Assembly (NCBI GenBank): GCA_029255105.1
Contig: JAQWWH010000065.1
Location: forward strand, 3,670-67,669
Direction: 5' to 3'
Length of the DNA stretch: 64,000 nucleotides
DNA from: Flavimaricola sp.
GTDB taxonomy: Bacteria; Pseudomonadota; Alphaproteobacteria; Rhodobacterales; Rhodobacteraceae
Below the pieces are notes generated by a model. The model did not search any database. It had not been told where the DNA came from and saw only the letters and a program-made list of their open reading frames with translations. This document shows positions 18,331-27,421 of the stretch, piece after piece (within the stretch, counting starts at the first letter, position 1; each line of letters starts with the position of its first letter). The position numbers were made by a program, and so were the translations under genes.

Positions 18331-19281
18331 ATGAGTACGTTGCCGCAATGGGTGATCGCGATTGTCGGCTCTGTCTTTTCGGGTTTCGGGGATCCGGTGG
18401 TGGTTGAGTACAACGGCTATGCGGAAGGCGACTATGTCTATGTCGCCCCCGCCGCGACTGGCCGGATCGTCACGATCCAGGCCGAGGAAGGCACAACCGT
18501 CCAGGCCGGTCAGACCCTGTTCCAAAGCGACGACACCCACCAGACCGCCGCCCTGCGTTCGGCACGGGCGCAGGTTGCCGTCGCGCAGGCGAACCTTGAG
18601 AACCTCGAAACCGGCAGCCGGGCGGCCGAGATCGACGTGATCGTTGCATCGCTGGATCAGGCAAAATCGGATCAGCAGCTGGCCAGATCGACGCTTGAAC
18701 GGTCACGCCAACTTCTTGTCAGCGGCTCAATCTCGCAGGCCCGTGTCGATGCGGATACCGCCGCCCTTCAAAGCGCGGACGCCAAGGTGGCCCAGCTTCA
18801 GGCCCAGTTGCTAGTCGCGGAATTACCTGCCCGCAGTTCCCAAAGGATAGCGGCAGAAGCCACACTCGAGGCGGCGCAGGCGCTGTATGATGACGCCCGC
18901 TCTGCGCTTGAGGATCGGGCGGTCGAAGCCCCCGTAAGTGGTCGGATCGAAAGGGTATTTTACGAAGAGGGCGAAGTTGCCGTAGCCGGCGCGCCGGTGG
19001 TGTCGATCCTTCCCCATGACAGCCTTATCGCCCTGTTCTTTGTACCGGAAAGCGATCGGGCCAGCATCGCACTTGGTGCGGCCTTTGATGTGGACTGCAA
19101 CGGATGCCCCGACGATATTGTCGCGCATCTGACCCGCATTGCGGCGACACCCCAGTACACGCCTCCCATCATCTACAGCAGCGAAGAACGCGCCCGCCTT
19201 GTGTTTCGGGCCGAAGCGACAATCGACAATGCCGGTGAATTGTTACCCGGCCAACCCCTTACGCTGAGACCGCAAGAGTGA
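18331..19281 (+). CDS. HlyD-family membrane-fusion/secretion protein
   Basis: 316 aa. N-terminal TM, lipoyl-like hairpin GRIVTIQAEEGTTVQAGQTLFQSDD, long coiled-coil, then a beta-barrel region. Confidence 0.8.
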   Translation: MSTLPQWVIAIVGSVFSGFGDPVVVEYNGYAEGDYVYVAPAATGRIVTIQAEEGTTVQAGQTLFQSDDTHQTAALRSARAQVAVAQANLENLETGSRAAEIDVIVASLDQAKSDQQLARSTLERSRQLLVSGSISQARVDADTAALQSADAKVAQLQAQLLVAELPARSSQRIAAEATLEAAQALYDDARSALEDRAVEAPVSGRIERVFYEEGEVAVAGAPVVSILPHDSLIALFFVPESDRASIALGAAFDVDCNGCPDDIVAHLTRIAATPQYTPPIIYSSEERARLVFRAEATIDNAGELLPGQPLTLRPQE

Positions 19282-20216
19282 CTGCTGAACTGGCCATTTC
19301 TGTCAGGGGCCTGACCAAGATCTTTGATGGGCGAAAGGTCGTCGACGACTTTGACATGGAGGTTCCAAAGGGGGCCATCTACGGCTTTCTCGGGCCGAAC
19401 GGATCGGGCAAGACGACCACCATCCGCATGATGTGCGGCCTGCTGACCCCTGATGCCGGCGCGGGGCATTGCCTCGGCTTCGACATCCTTTCCGAACAGA
19501 ACAGCATCAAGGAAAACGTCGGCTACATGACGCAGCGGTTTTCGCTTTATGCGGACCTAACCATTCGCGAGAACCTCGACTTTATCGCCCGGATGTACCG
19601 GCTCAACTCTCGCAAGTCCCGGGTCAGCGAGGCGCTGGTCAATCTGGGGCTAGCGGATCGTGCGAACCAGTTGGCCGGAACACTTTCGGGCGGCTGGAAG
19701 CAGCGGTTGGCTCTTGCCGCATGTATGATCCACAAGCCTGCCTTGCTGCTGCTGGACGAACCGACCGCAGGTGTCGATCCGAAGGCACGCCGCGACTTCT
19801 GGGACGAGATCCGCAAGCTGTCTGCCCAAGGCGTGACCGTACTGGTATCGACCCACTACATGGACGAAGCAGTCCAGTGCGATTTCATCGCTTATATCGC
19901 CTATGGCAAAAAGCTGATTGCCGGACCGGCCAGTGACATCCCCGGCATGATCGGCCTGCACACATGGCGTGTCACCGGTCCCGCGCTGGCCGATCTTGAG
20001 CTGGCGTTGCGCAAGGACCCCGATGTCGGACAGGTGGCGCGGTTTGGGGCGGTTTTGCACCTCTCGGGCACGGACAAGGCCAAGCTTCTGGCCCTCGCCA
20101 CCCGCTACAACGCTGAGGGCGTCTACACCTGGGTCCATAAAGAAGCAGAGTTGGAAGAGGCGTTCATCTACCTGATGACCGGCGTCGAAGACAACTTCGT
20201 CAGCACCAAGTCATGA
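19278..20216 (+). CDS. ABC transporter ATP-binding protein (ABC-2 type)
   Basis: Walker A GPNGSGKTT, signature LSGGWKQRLALA, Walker B LLLLDEPTAGVD. Confidence 0.9.
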   Translation: MTAELAISVRGLTKIFDGRKVVDDFDMEVPKGAIYGFLGPNGSGKTTTIRMMCGLLTPDAGAGHCLGFDILSEQNSIKENVGYMTQRFSLYADLTIRENLDFIARMYRLNSRKSRVSEALVNLGLADRANQLAGTLSGGWKQRLALAACMIHKPALLLLDEPTAGVDPKARRDFWDEIRKLSAQGVTVLVSTHYMDEAVQCDFIAYIAYGKKLIAGPASDIPGMIGLHTWRVTGPALADLELALRKDPDVGQVARFGAVLHLSGTDKAKLLALATRYNAEGVYTWVHKEAELEEAFIYLMTGVEDNFVSTKS

Positions 20217-21349
20217 GGTGGCGGTTCTCCCCTGCCCGTCTGTTCGCTGTTCTGAGCAAAGAGTTCGTTCAGATGCGTCGGGACAAGATCACATTCGTGA
20301 TGATGATCGGCGTCCCGATCATGCAGCTTTTGATATTTGGATACGCCATCAACTCTGACCCGCGCCACCTGCCGACACTGGTCGAGATGGCCGACGAGGG
20401 CCCGGTGACGCGGGCGATCCTGTCTGGGATGCAAAGCTCGACCTATTTTGACTTCCAAGGTATCGTGACCAGCCCCGAGGCTGGCGACAAGGCGCTGCGC
20501 GATGGGTCGGCGAACTTTGTCGTGGTGGTGCCGCCCAACTTCGAGCGGGACATCCTGCGCGGGCTGTCGCCCGAGATTTTGCTGTCTGCCGATGCCTCGG
20601 ATCCGACCGCTGTTGGCGGCGGGGCGGCGGCGATGGCCAGTATCATAAACACCGCTGTCACTCAGACCCTGACCGGCCCGTTGAGCTATGCCGCAGGCAC
20701 CCCTCCTCCGATCAGTGTCGTGATCCACCGGCAGTACAATCCCGAAGGCAACACCTCGATCAACATCGTGCCGGGGCTTTTGGGGGTCATCCTGTCCCTG
20801 ACCATGGTGATGATCACGGCCGTCGCCATCGTCCGGGAAACCGAAAAGGGCACGATGGAGGCCCTGATCGCGACCCCGGTGCGCCCGCTCGAAGTCATGC
20901 TGGGCAAGATCCTGCCCTATGTCCTTGTCGGCTACGTCCAGACAATCGTTTTTCTGATCGCCTCGCAGGTCCTATTTGGGGTCCCGTTCATCGGGTCGCG
21001 GCTTGCGTTCTTTGTAGGGTTCAACCTCTACATCGTCGTCAACCTGGCATTGGGGTTCCTGATTTCGACCGTCGCCAGAAGCCAGATGCAGGCGATGCAG
21101 ATTTCGTTCTTCACGCTTTTGCCGACGATCCTGCTGTCCGGGTTCATGTTCCCTTTCGCCGCCATGCCGGGATGGGCGCAGGCCATCGGCAGCGCGATCC
21201 CGGCGACGCATTTCCTGCGCCTCGTGCGCAAGGTGATGTTGAAGGGGGCTGATATCACTGACATCCTTGGGGATCTGACGAACATTTCCCTGATCATGCT
21301 GGTCATCGTGGCCGTCGCGCTAAAGCGGTATCGACAGACTTTGGATTAG
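20213..21349 (+). CDS. ABC-2 type transporter permease
   Basis: 378 aa. One N-terminal TM, a large loop, then 5 C-terminal TMs. Coupled to the ATPase by a 4-nt overlap. Confidence 0.85.
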   Translation: MRWRFSPARLFAVLSKEFVQMRRDKITFVMMIGVPIMQLLIFGYAINSDPRHLPTLVEMADEGPVTRAILSGMQSSTYFDFQGIVTSPEAGDKALRDGSANFVVVVPPNFERDILRGLSPEILLSADASDPTAVGGGAAAMASIINTAVTQTLTGPLSYAAGTPPPISVVIHRQYNPEGNTSINIVPGLLGVILSLTMVMITAVAIVRETEKGTMEALIATPVRPLEVMLGKILPYVLVGYVQTIVFLIASQVLFGVPFIGSRLAFFVGFNLYIVVNLALGFLISTVARSQMQAMQISFFTLLPTILLSGFMFPFAAMPGWAQAIGSAIPATHFLRLVRKVMLKGADITDILGDLTNISLIMLVIVAVALKRYRQTLD

Positions 21350-21622
21350 CCTTCTAGCGCGGGCCGCATCGCGTTGACTGACCATGGTGTTGCAGTCAGA
21401 TCGGGGGGGACCCGGGTCTGCAGGGCGTGGCCGTCAAAGCCGACCGGACAGCACGCAAAGACGATCAAGCGACGTTGGGCCGAAAGGTTCCGCACCGAAA
21501 CCGATGCCGACCATCATGGGTGAACCGGGTCGAGACCCACCCGATCGGCCCTCTGCGAAAGGCATTGACAACCCCTTTCAGCATGACATCGTGCTAGACA
21601 TGCCGAACCAACGTGAGAGCTC

Positions 21623-21907
21623 ATGACGCAAACTTATGATAAAATTGTGGAAATTGTCATCAAGACCTCCGATCTTGATCCTCTTTCCATCACTCCGGCC
21701 AGCCGTCTGGTGGAGGATCTTGGTTTGGACTCCGTCGACATGTTTGATCTGGTCTTCGCGCTGGAGCAAGAGTTCGACATTGATCTGCCGATTGAGGCCT
21801 GGGGCGAAGAGAGCGATGGGCAGGAACCGTTGCAGATGACCGACATCACCATGCAAAGCTTTGGCGCGCGGATCGAATTGCTCATATCCCAAAAAAGCGC
21901 GGCATAG
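21623..21907 (+). CDS. acyl carrier protein
   Basis: 94 aa with the phosphopantetheine site LGLDSVDMFDLVFALEQEF. Confidence 0.85.
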   Translation: MTQTYDKIVEIVIKTSDLDPLSITPASRLVEDLGLDSVDMFDLVFALEQEFDIDLPIEAWGEESDGQEPLQMTDITMQSFGARIELLISQKSAA

Positions 21908-21993
21908 ATGCCGCCCCGGCCAAGGATGCGTCTGGCACGCCCCCTGAGGTCGGCACGACCCACCTGCAACGCGACCCTGCCTGCGCACTCAGG

Positions 21994-23115
21994 GTGAGGC
22001 GAGATGTGGTTATCACGGGCGTCGGATTGCTGTCGGCCTGCGGATCAAACGAGGATGTCCATCTTGCAGCTCTTCTGGATGAAAAGCGACCGGTTGCGGA
22101 TGGCGTGTCCTTTGCGCCGTTCCACCTGGTCAAGGCCGCCCCGTTCGACGCCGAGGACTTTGTTCCGGGGCGAAGCGATCGGCGGCAAATGGAGCCCTGG
22201 CAGCTTTTGGGTGTTGCGGCTGCAAAACTTGCCCTCGACAGCGCCGGGATACCGCCCGGAGACGAACGAGACAGCCTTTGCCTGAACCTCGCCGCGAATG
22301 GCGGCGGACGCGAGCACGACATGGACCTGGCAGTCCTCGACGAACTTCTGGTCCGGGGGGACCCTCAGGCGGGGCTTGTCGAAAGTATGTCGAAACGTAT
22401 CCGCCCCTCCTTTTTGCTGGGCCAGTTGGCCAATCTGCTGGCGGGCAACATCGCCATCGTTTTGGGCGTCGGCGGCGGGGCGAGGACCTTCATGGGCGAG
22501 GAACACGCCGGGGTCGAGGCGCTTGAGGACGCGGTGTCCCGGATCGTGGCGGGCCAATCGGATCGCATCCTTGTCGGGGGCGTTCTGGATGCTGACCGGG
22601 CCGAGTTGATGTTTGCGCTGGCCACGGGCGGGCTGCTGCATGCCGGGACCATGCCCGCGGTATTCAACCCGGACCGCAACGGCCTTTGCCCCGGCAGCAT
22701 GGCCGCATTTGTGCTGGTCGAGGCCGAGGAGGTGGCGCGTGCGCGGGCTGTCCCGCCCTTGGCAAGGATCACCGGGATCAAAGCCGCCTGGACCGGAGGG
22801 GTCGACGGGCAGGACGCTTTGAGAGGGTGCATCTCTGCCCTGCCCCACGGCGGCGACGCCACCCTGATCCTTTCCGGGGCATCCGGTGCCCAACCTTCGA
22901 CCACCGAGGAATGGGCCGCGCTTGAAGGACGGTCAAAGGACGCCCGCATTCTGGCCACCGCTGACGTTGCAGGGCACGGTCTTGAGGCATCGTTTCCATT
23001 TGCAGTGGCTTTGGCCGCACTCAGCATTCAGGCCGGGGCGGCAGAGCGGGTTCTGACCACGACAGGCAGCGACCGCTGCGGTGTCGCCGCCGCTCTGCTA
23101 GAGGCCGCCCCATGA
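21994..23115 (+). CDS. beta-ketoacyl synthase-like protein without the catalytic Cys (chain-length-factor-like partner)
   Basis: 373 aa. KS N-terminus VVITGVGLLSACG. Where KS enzymes carry xACxSG, the sequence reads TFMGEEHAGVEAL. GTG start. 4-nt overlap with the next KS. Confidence 0.7.
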   Translation: MRRDVVITGVGLLSACGSNEDVHLAALLDEKRPVADGVSFAPFHLVKAAPFDAEDFVPGRSDRRQMEPWQLLGVAAAKLALDSAGIPPGDERDSLCLNLAANGGGREHDMDLAVLDELLVRGDPQAGLVESMSKRIRPSFLLGQLANLLAGNIAIVLGVGGGARTFMGEEHAGVEALEDAVSRIVAGQSDRILVGGVLDADRAELMFALATGGLLHAGTMPAVFNPDRNGLCPGSMAAFVLVEAEEVARARAVPPLARITGIKAAWTGGVDGQDALRGCISALPHGGDATLILSGASGAQPSTTEEWAALEGRSKDARILATADVAGHGLEASFPFAVALAALSIQAGAAERVLTTTGSDRCGVAAALLEAAP

Positions 23116-24374
23116 ACAGGCCGGACAACAGCAGCATTGCGGTGACAGGGATGGGAATGGTAACATCCCTTGGCCAGGGCATCGCGGCAAACTGGGCGGC
23201 GATGCTGGCCGGGCAATCGGGCGCGGCCCTGGTCCGACGCTTTGCAACCGACGGCCTGCGGACCCGATTTGCGGCAACGGTCGAAAGTATCTGCGACCCG
23301 ACCCTGCGGCCAACGGACCGGACCGAACATCTGGCCATGCTGGCGATGACAGAGGCGCTGGCCCAAAGCGGCCATGCCGCTGGCCCGCGTTTTCCCGGAA
23401 AGCTGATCGTGGGGGTCCCGCCGGTTCAGATGGAATGGCCCGACCGCATCGACATGGCGTCCCGTTGCGACGATGGGGACATCAACGATCGCGCCCTGAT
23501 CCGCGCTGCCGCGGATCAGCAGATGCGCCCGCTGTTCGCAAAGCTGCGCTTTGGCAAAACGGCCGAGCATTTGGCACGGCATCTGCGGCCCTTGGGAATG
23601 CCCGTCACCATCTCTACCGCCTGTTCCTCGGGGGCGAGCGCCATCCAGATCGGGGTCGAGACGATCCGGCGTGGCGACGCCGACGCCGCAATCGTCATAG
23701 GCGCGGACGCATCGGTGAGCCCCGAGATGTTGCTACGCTTTGGCCTGCTGTCCGCCTTGTCCCGCCGGAACGAGACGCCGGAAACCGCCTCGCGCCCGTT
23801 CGACAAAACCCGGGACGGGTTCGTTCCCGGAGAAGGCGCGGCCGCACTTGTGCTGGAGCGTGGGACCGTCGCGGCGCAGCGTGGTGCAAATATCCTTGGC
23901 TACATTCGGGGCGTCGGCGAAAGACTGGACGCCTACCACCGCGTTCGCCAACGCCCTGATGCCGGCCCCGTTGGCGAAGCGATGGCGGCCGCCATTCGGG
24001 ATGCTGGACTTGAGCCCGACGACATCGACTATGTCAGTGCGCATGGCACCTCGACCGGAGACAACGACCGGGTGGAAAGCCTGGGCCTGCACCACGTCTT
24101 TGGTCAAAGGACCAACAAACTGCCCGTGTCGTCGATAAAATCCATGATCGGCCACACCATGAGTGCGGCCGGAGCGATCGAGGCTGTAGCCTCCTTGCTG
24201 ATGATGCAGCATCAAACGCTGCTTCCGACCATCAACTTTGATACACCCGACCCCGATGCCCCGCTCGATGTTGTGCCAAACACCGCGCGCGCGGCTAAGG
24301 CCCACCATGTCCTCAGCAATTCGTTCGGGTTTGGAGGGCAGAATGTCTGTATTGTCTTGTCTGACACACCCTGA
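23112..24374 (+). CDS. beta-ketoacyl-ACP synthase, FabF/KAS-II type, catalytically complete
   Basis: 420 aa. Cys in TISTACSSGASAI, His in YVSAHGTSTGDND, His in IKSMIGHTMSAAGA. Confidence 0.9.
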   Translation: MNRPDNSSIAVTGMGMVTSLGQGIAANWAAMLAGQSGAALVRRFATDGLRTRFAATVESICDPTLRPTDRTEHLAMLAMTEALAQSGHAAGPRFPGKLIVGVPPVQMEWPDRIDMASRCDDGDINDRALIRAAADQQMRPLFAKLRFGKTAEHLARHLRPLGMPVTISTACSSGASAIQIGVETIRRGDADAAIVIGADASVSPEMLLRFGLLSALSRRNETPETASRPFDKTRDGFVPGEGAAALVLERGTVAAQRGANILGYIRGVGERLDAYHRVRQRPDAGPVGEAMAAAIRDAGLEPDDIDYVSAHGTSTGDNDRVESLGLHHVFGQRTNKLPVSSIKSMIGHTMSAAGAIEAVASLLMMQHQTLLPTINFDTPDPDAPLDVVPNTARAAKAHHVLSNSFGFGGQNVCIVLSDTP

Positions 24375-24413
24375 CACGCCCATCTGGGTAGAGTTCGGGG
24401 GATTTGCCCTGTG

Positions 24414-24461
24414 CAGAGGCCCGTCCAGAGGCCCGTCCGGTGGCTCGTCCAGAGGCCCGTC
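24414..24461. repeat. four tandem 12-bp units in the KS-to-PKS spacer
   Basis: CAGAGGCCCGTC at 24414, 24426 and 24450. The third unit (24438) is CGGTGGCTCGTC. Confidence 0.9.
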
Positions 24462-24499
24462 ACGGTATGTCACCAACAACAAGCAACAAAGGGGGCGGC

Positions 24500-25582
24500 A
24501 TGGCAGTATATCTCAATGAGATCGGAACCGGTGTTCCGGCCTATGACGTGCACGAAAGCTATCTGCGGATCGCGCCACGGTTTCTGAACTCCGAGGCTGA
24601 AAGCAAGACCTTTGCCAAGATGGCCCGCCGCTCTGGCATCTCGCATCGTTATTCAAGCCTTGAACCGGCCGACCCGACCACCTGGGGCAACCGCTACGAT
24701 GCCGAAGGGTTTTTCCGGCCGGGGGCCTTTCCGACGACCGGTCAACGGATGCAACGTTATTCGCAAGATGCCCCCCAACTGGTCGACCGCGCGATCGAGA
24801 ATCTGGCCCGTCGTCAGGGGCCCGACTGGAAGCGCGGCATCACCCATCTGGTGATCTGCAGTTGTACGGGGTTCGCGGCTCCCGGCCTAGACCACCACAT
24901 GATCACGCACCACCAGCTTAGCCCGACTGTCGAGAGGACGATGATCGGCTTTATGGGCTGCAATGCCGCCATGAACGGCTACAAGACCGCACACCACATC
25001 GTCCTTGCCGACCCAAAGGCGCGTGTTCTGGTCCTGAACGTAGAGCTTTGCGGCCTGCACTTTCAGGAATCTGCCCCGCTCACAACCGCCCTGATGTTCA
25101 TGTTGTTTGCCGACGGGGCCTCTGCCGCGCTGATCAGCGCAGACCCCAAAGGGTTTGCGCTTGATGCCTTTCGGTCTGACATGATCCCCGACAGCCGGGA
25201 CCACATCACCTGGGATATTGGCGACAACGGGTTTGATATGTGGCTGTCTGGACGGGTGCCCCGCGCCATCACCAAGAACCTGCCCGGTCATTTCAAGGTG
25301 CTGCAAGAGGCGGCACAGGGGCGCGCCATCGACCTTTGGGCGATACATCCCGGTGGGCGGACAATTCTGGACGCCGTCGAGGTGAGCCTGGGCCTTGAAC
25401 CCGCCGATCTTGCCACCTCGCGCGGGGTCCTGAACGACTTTGGCAACATGTCATCCGCAACCCTTCCCTTTGTCTTGCAACGCATGCTGTCCGCACCGCC
25501 CCAAGGGCGCACCGGCGTCTCCATCGGGTTTGGTCCGGGCATCAGCGTCGAAAGCATGGTGTTTCGCGAGGCTCAGCCATGA
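24500..25582 (+). CDS. type III polyketide synthase (chalcone/stilbene synthase superfamily)
   Basis: Catalytic Cys LVICSCTGFAAPG, His WAIHPGGRTILD, Asn FGNMSSATLPFVL. I chose the ATG at 24500 (MAVYLNEIG), which follows AAAGGGGG, over the track start at 24404. Confidence 0.9.
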   Translation: MAVYLNEIGTGVPAYDVHESYLRIAPRFLNSEAESKTFAKMARRSGISHRYSSLEPADPTTWGNRYDAEGFFRPGAFPTTGQRMQRYSQDAPQLVDRAIENLARRQGPDWKRGITHLVICSCTGFAAPGLDHHMITHHQLSPTVERTMIGFMGCNAAMNGYKTAHHIVLADPKARVLVLNVELCGLHFQESAPLTTALMFMLFADGASAALISADPKGFALDAFRSDMIPDSRDHITWDIGDNGFDMWLSGRVPRAITKNLPGHFKVLQEAAQGRAIDLWAIHPGGRTILDAVEVSLGLEPADLATSRGVLNDFGNMSSATLPFVLQRMLSAPPQGRTGVSIGFGPGISVESMVFREAQP

Positions 25583-26301
25583 CCGACGTCAAGCTCGTTC
25601 TGGCCGGCCGTGTGCATCGCGACGAATTGATGGATATCGAAGAGGTCTCCGACGCCGACCTCGCCCGGTGCCTGCGCGACCTGGAACGGGTCAACCTTGT
25701 CAGTCTTGGCTATAGGCCAACCCTACGCTGGCTGGACGATGTCGCCGCAGGCAAGGACCGGATTTCGCTCCTTGATGTTGGGTGTGGGCATGGCGACATG
25801 CTGCGACGGATAAAAGCCTGGGGCAAACGTCGCGGGATCGAGACCGACTTGCTGGGAATTGACCTGAACCCGTCGACCATACTGGCCGCAAAGGCCGCCA
25901 CAGATACCAAGGACGGCATCGCATTCGAGGTGCTCGATCTGTTTGACATACCCGCCGACAGATACCCGGATATCATCATCAGCTCATTGTTCGCGCACCA
26001 CCTCGACGATGCCGACCTTGTCCGTTTTGTAGGCTGGATGGAGCAGACCGCCCGCCTGGGCTGGTTCATCAACGATCTGCATAGACATCCCGTTTCGGCA
26101 TACGGGCTAAAGCTGATCTTTGCGATCTGGCCGGTGCACAGGTTCGTCCGCTACGACGGCCCTGTCTCGGTCTGGCGCGCCTTCAGCCGAGCCAATCTTG
26201 AGGCGGCGGTCCGCGCGGCGGGAGTGCCCCCTGGTGGGGTCAAGATTTCGTGGTGGTTCCCCTTTCGCTGGGGTGTCGGACGACGCAAAGCCGATGGTTG
26301 A
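25579..26301 (+). CDS. class I SAM-dependent methyltransferase
   Basis: 240 aa. Motif I LLDVGCGHGDM. 4-nt overlap with the PKS stop. Confidence 0.85.
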   Translation: MTDVKLVLAGRVHRDELMDIEEVSDADLARCLRDLERVNLVSLGYRPTLRWLDDVAAGKDRISLLDVGCGHGDMLRRIKAWGKRRGIETDLLGIDLNPSTILAAKAATDTKDGIAFEVLDLFDIPADRYPDIIISSLFAHHLDDADLVRFVGWMEQTARLGWFINDLHRHPVSAYGLKLIFAIWPVHRFVRYDGPVSVWRAFSRANLEAAVRAAGVPPGGVKISWWFPFRWGVGRRKADG

Positions 26302-27400
26302 CAGAACCGCAGAGGTCCTGGTCATCGGCGGCGGGCTGGCAGGTGCCGCGACGGCGGCGCATCTGGCTCGGGCCGGTCGATCGGTCGTCGTCTTGGAACG
26401 CGATGCCGAACCCACTCACAAAGTCTGTGGTGAGTTTCTGGGGCGCGCGGCCTGCCGGGAACTGGAAGGCCTCGGCGTCGATCTGGAGTCGCTCGGCGCA
26501 AGATGGATCGAGCATTGCACCCTGTTCTCGGGCGACAGATCGGCCCAGGCCCCCTTGCCCTTTCGTGCAGCGGGGCTGTCGCGCCGGACCCTTGACCCCG
26601 CTTTGCGCGACCATGCGGCGTGGGCGGGTGCCGACATCCGGCTGGGCGTCCGGTCAACGGCCGTCCGGGGCGGGCAGGTTGATCTTGCCAATGGCGAAAG
26701 TCTTTCGGCAAATGCGATTGTCATCGCGACAGGAAAACACGAAGTCCGGGGCCTTACCCGGCGCAGCGTCCTGAAAAGAAAGGATGCCAAGATCGGAATC
26801 AAAGAGCATCTCAGCCTGACCCCCAGTGCGATGGCAGACCTTGGCAACAGCGTTGAATTGCACTTTTTCGAAGGCGGCTATGCCGGGTTGATGCCAACCG
26901 GTGATGGGGTTGCCAATCTTAGCATCGCAATGGACCCCGCCGTCTGGCGGGCCCGCGAATTGACCCCCGCAACCTACCGCGACTGGCTGCAACGCTATGT
27001 CCCTTCCTTGCAGGATCGACTGACCGGGGCCCGGTCGCTTTTCCCCAAACCCCTCACCGTCAGCGCTGTCCCCTATGGCTACCGCCTGTGGAGCGCGCCC
27101 GACGACGAACCCAGCCTGTGGCGGGTGGGTGAGCAGGCCATCGTCACCCCTTCGCTGACCGGTGAAGGGATGTCACTTGCCCTTGGGTCGGCCCGGTGTC
27201 TGGGGGAATGCCTCCTGGCAGGCCGATCTCAGACCGAGTATCGCCAATCGCTGCGACGGCACTTCAATCGACAGATCCTTGCCGCCCGCAGTTTCGAAGC
27301 TCTCTTGGAAGGGAGTATGACCCGGGGAGGCATCATGCGACTGCTGGCCGTTCTGCCAAGTGCCCTGGGGGTTGCAGCGCGGCTGACCCGAAGTGCCTGA
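26294..27400 (+). CDS. FAD-dependent oxidoreductase / flavoprotein monooxygenase-like
   Basis: Dinucleotide fold VLVIGGGLAGAATAAHLARAGRSVVVLERD. I chose the ATG at 26294 (it overlaps the methyltransferase stop as ATGGTTGA) over the track start at 26120. Confidence 0.85.
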   Translation: MVDRTAEVLVIGGGLAGAATAAHLARAGRSVVVLERDAEPTHKVCGEFLGRAACRELEGLGVDLESLGARWIEHCTLFSGDRSAQAPLPFRAAGLSRRTLDPALRDHAAWAGADIRLGVRSTAVRGGQVDLANGESLSANAIVIATGKHEVRGLTRRSVLKRKDAKIGIKEHLSLTPSAMADLGNSVELHFFEGGYAGLMPTGDGVANLSIAMDPAVWRARELTPATYRDWLQRYVPSLQDRLTGARSLFPKPLTVSAVPYGYRLWSAPDDEPSLWRVGEQAIVTPSLTGEGMSLALGSARCLGECLLAGRSQTEYRQSLRRHFNRQILAARSFEALLEGSMTRGGIMRLLAVLPSALGVAARLTRSA

Positions 27401-27421
27401 CCTGCATCCATCGGACAAGTC

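Noticed and set aside
18331-21349. HlyD + ABC genes considered as the type I secretion system for the RTX sulfatase
   Set aside because: The ABC components are ABC-2 type, with a separate small ATPase and a 6-TM permease, under a TetR repressor. They are not a fused HlyB-type exporter, and no TolC gene is present. The arrangement fits an efflux operon.
24404-24499. N-terminal extension of the type III PKS containing (E)ARP repeats
   Set aside because: The ATG at 24500 has a strong AAAGGGGG RBS and begins at the conserved PKS N-terminus. The extension is just the translated 12-bp repeat tract.
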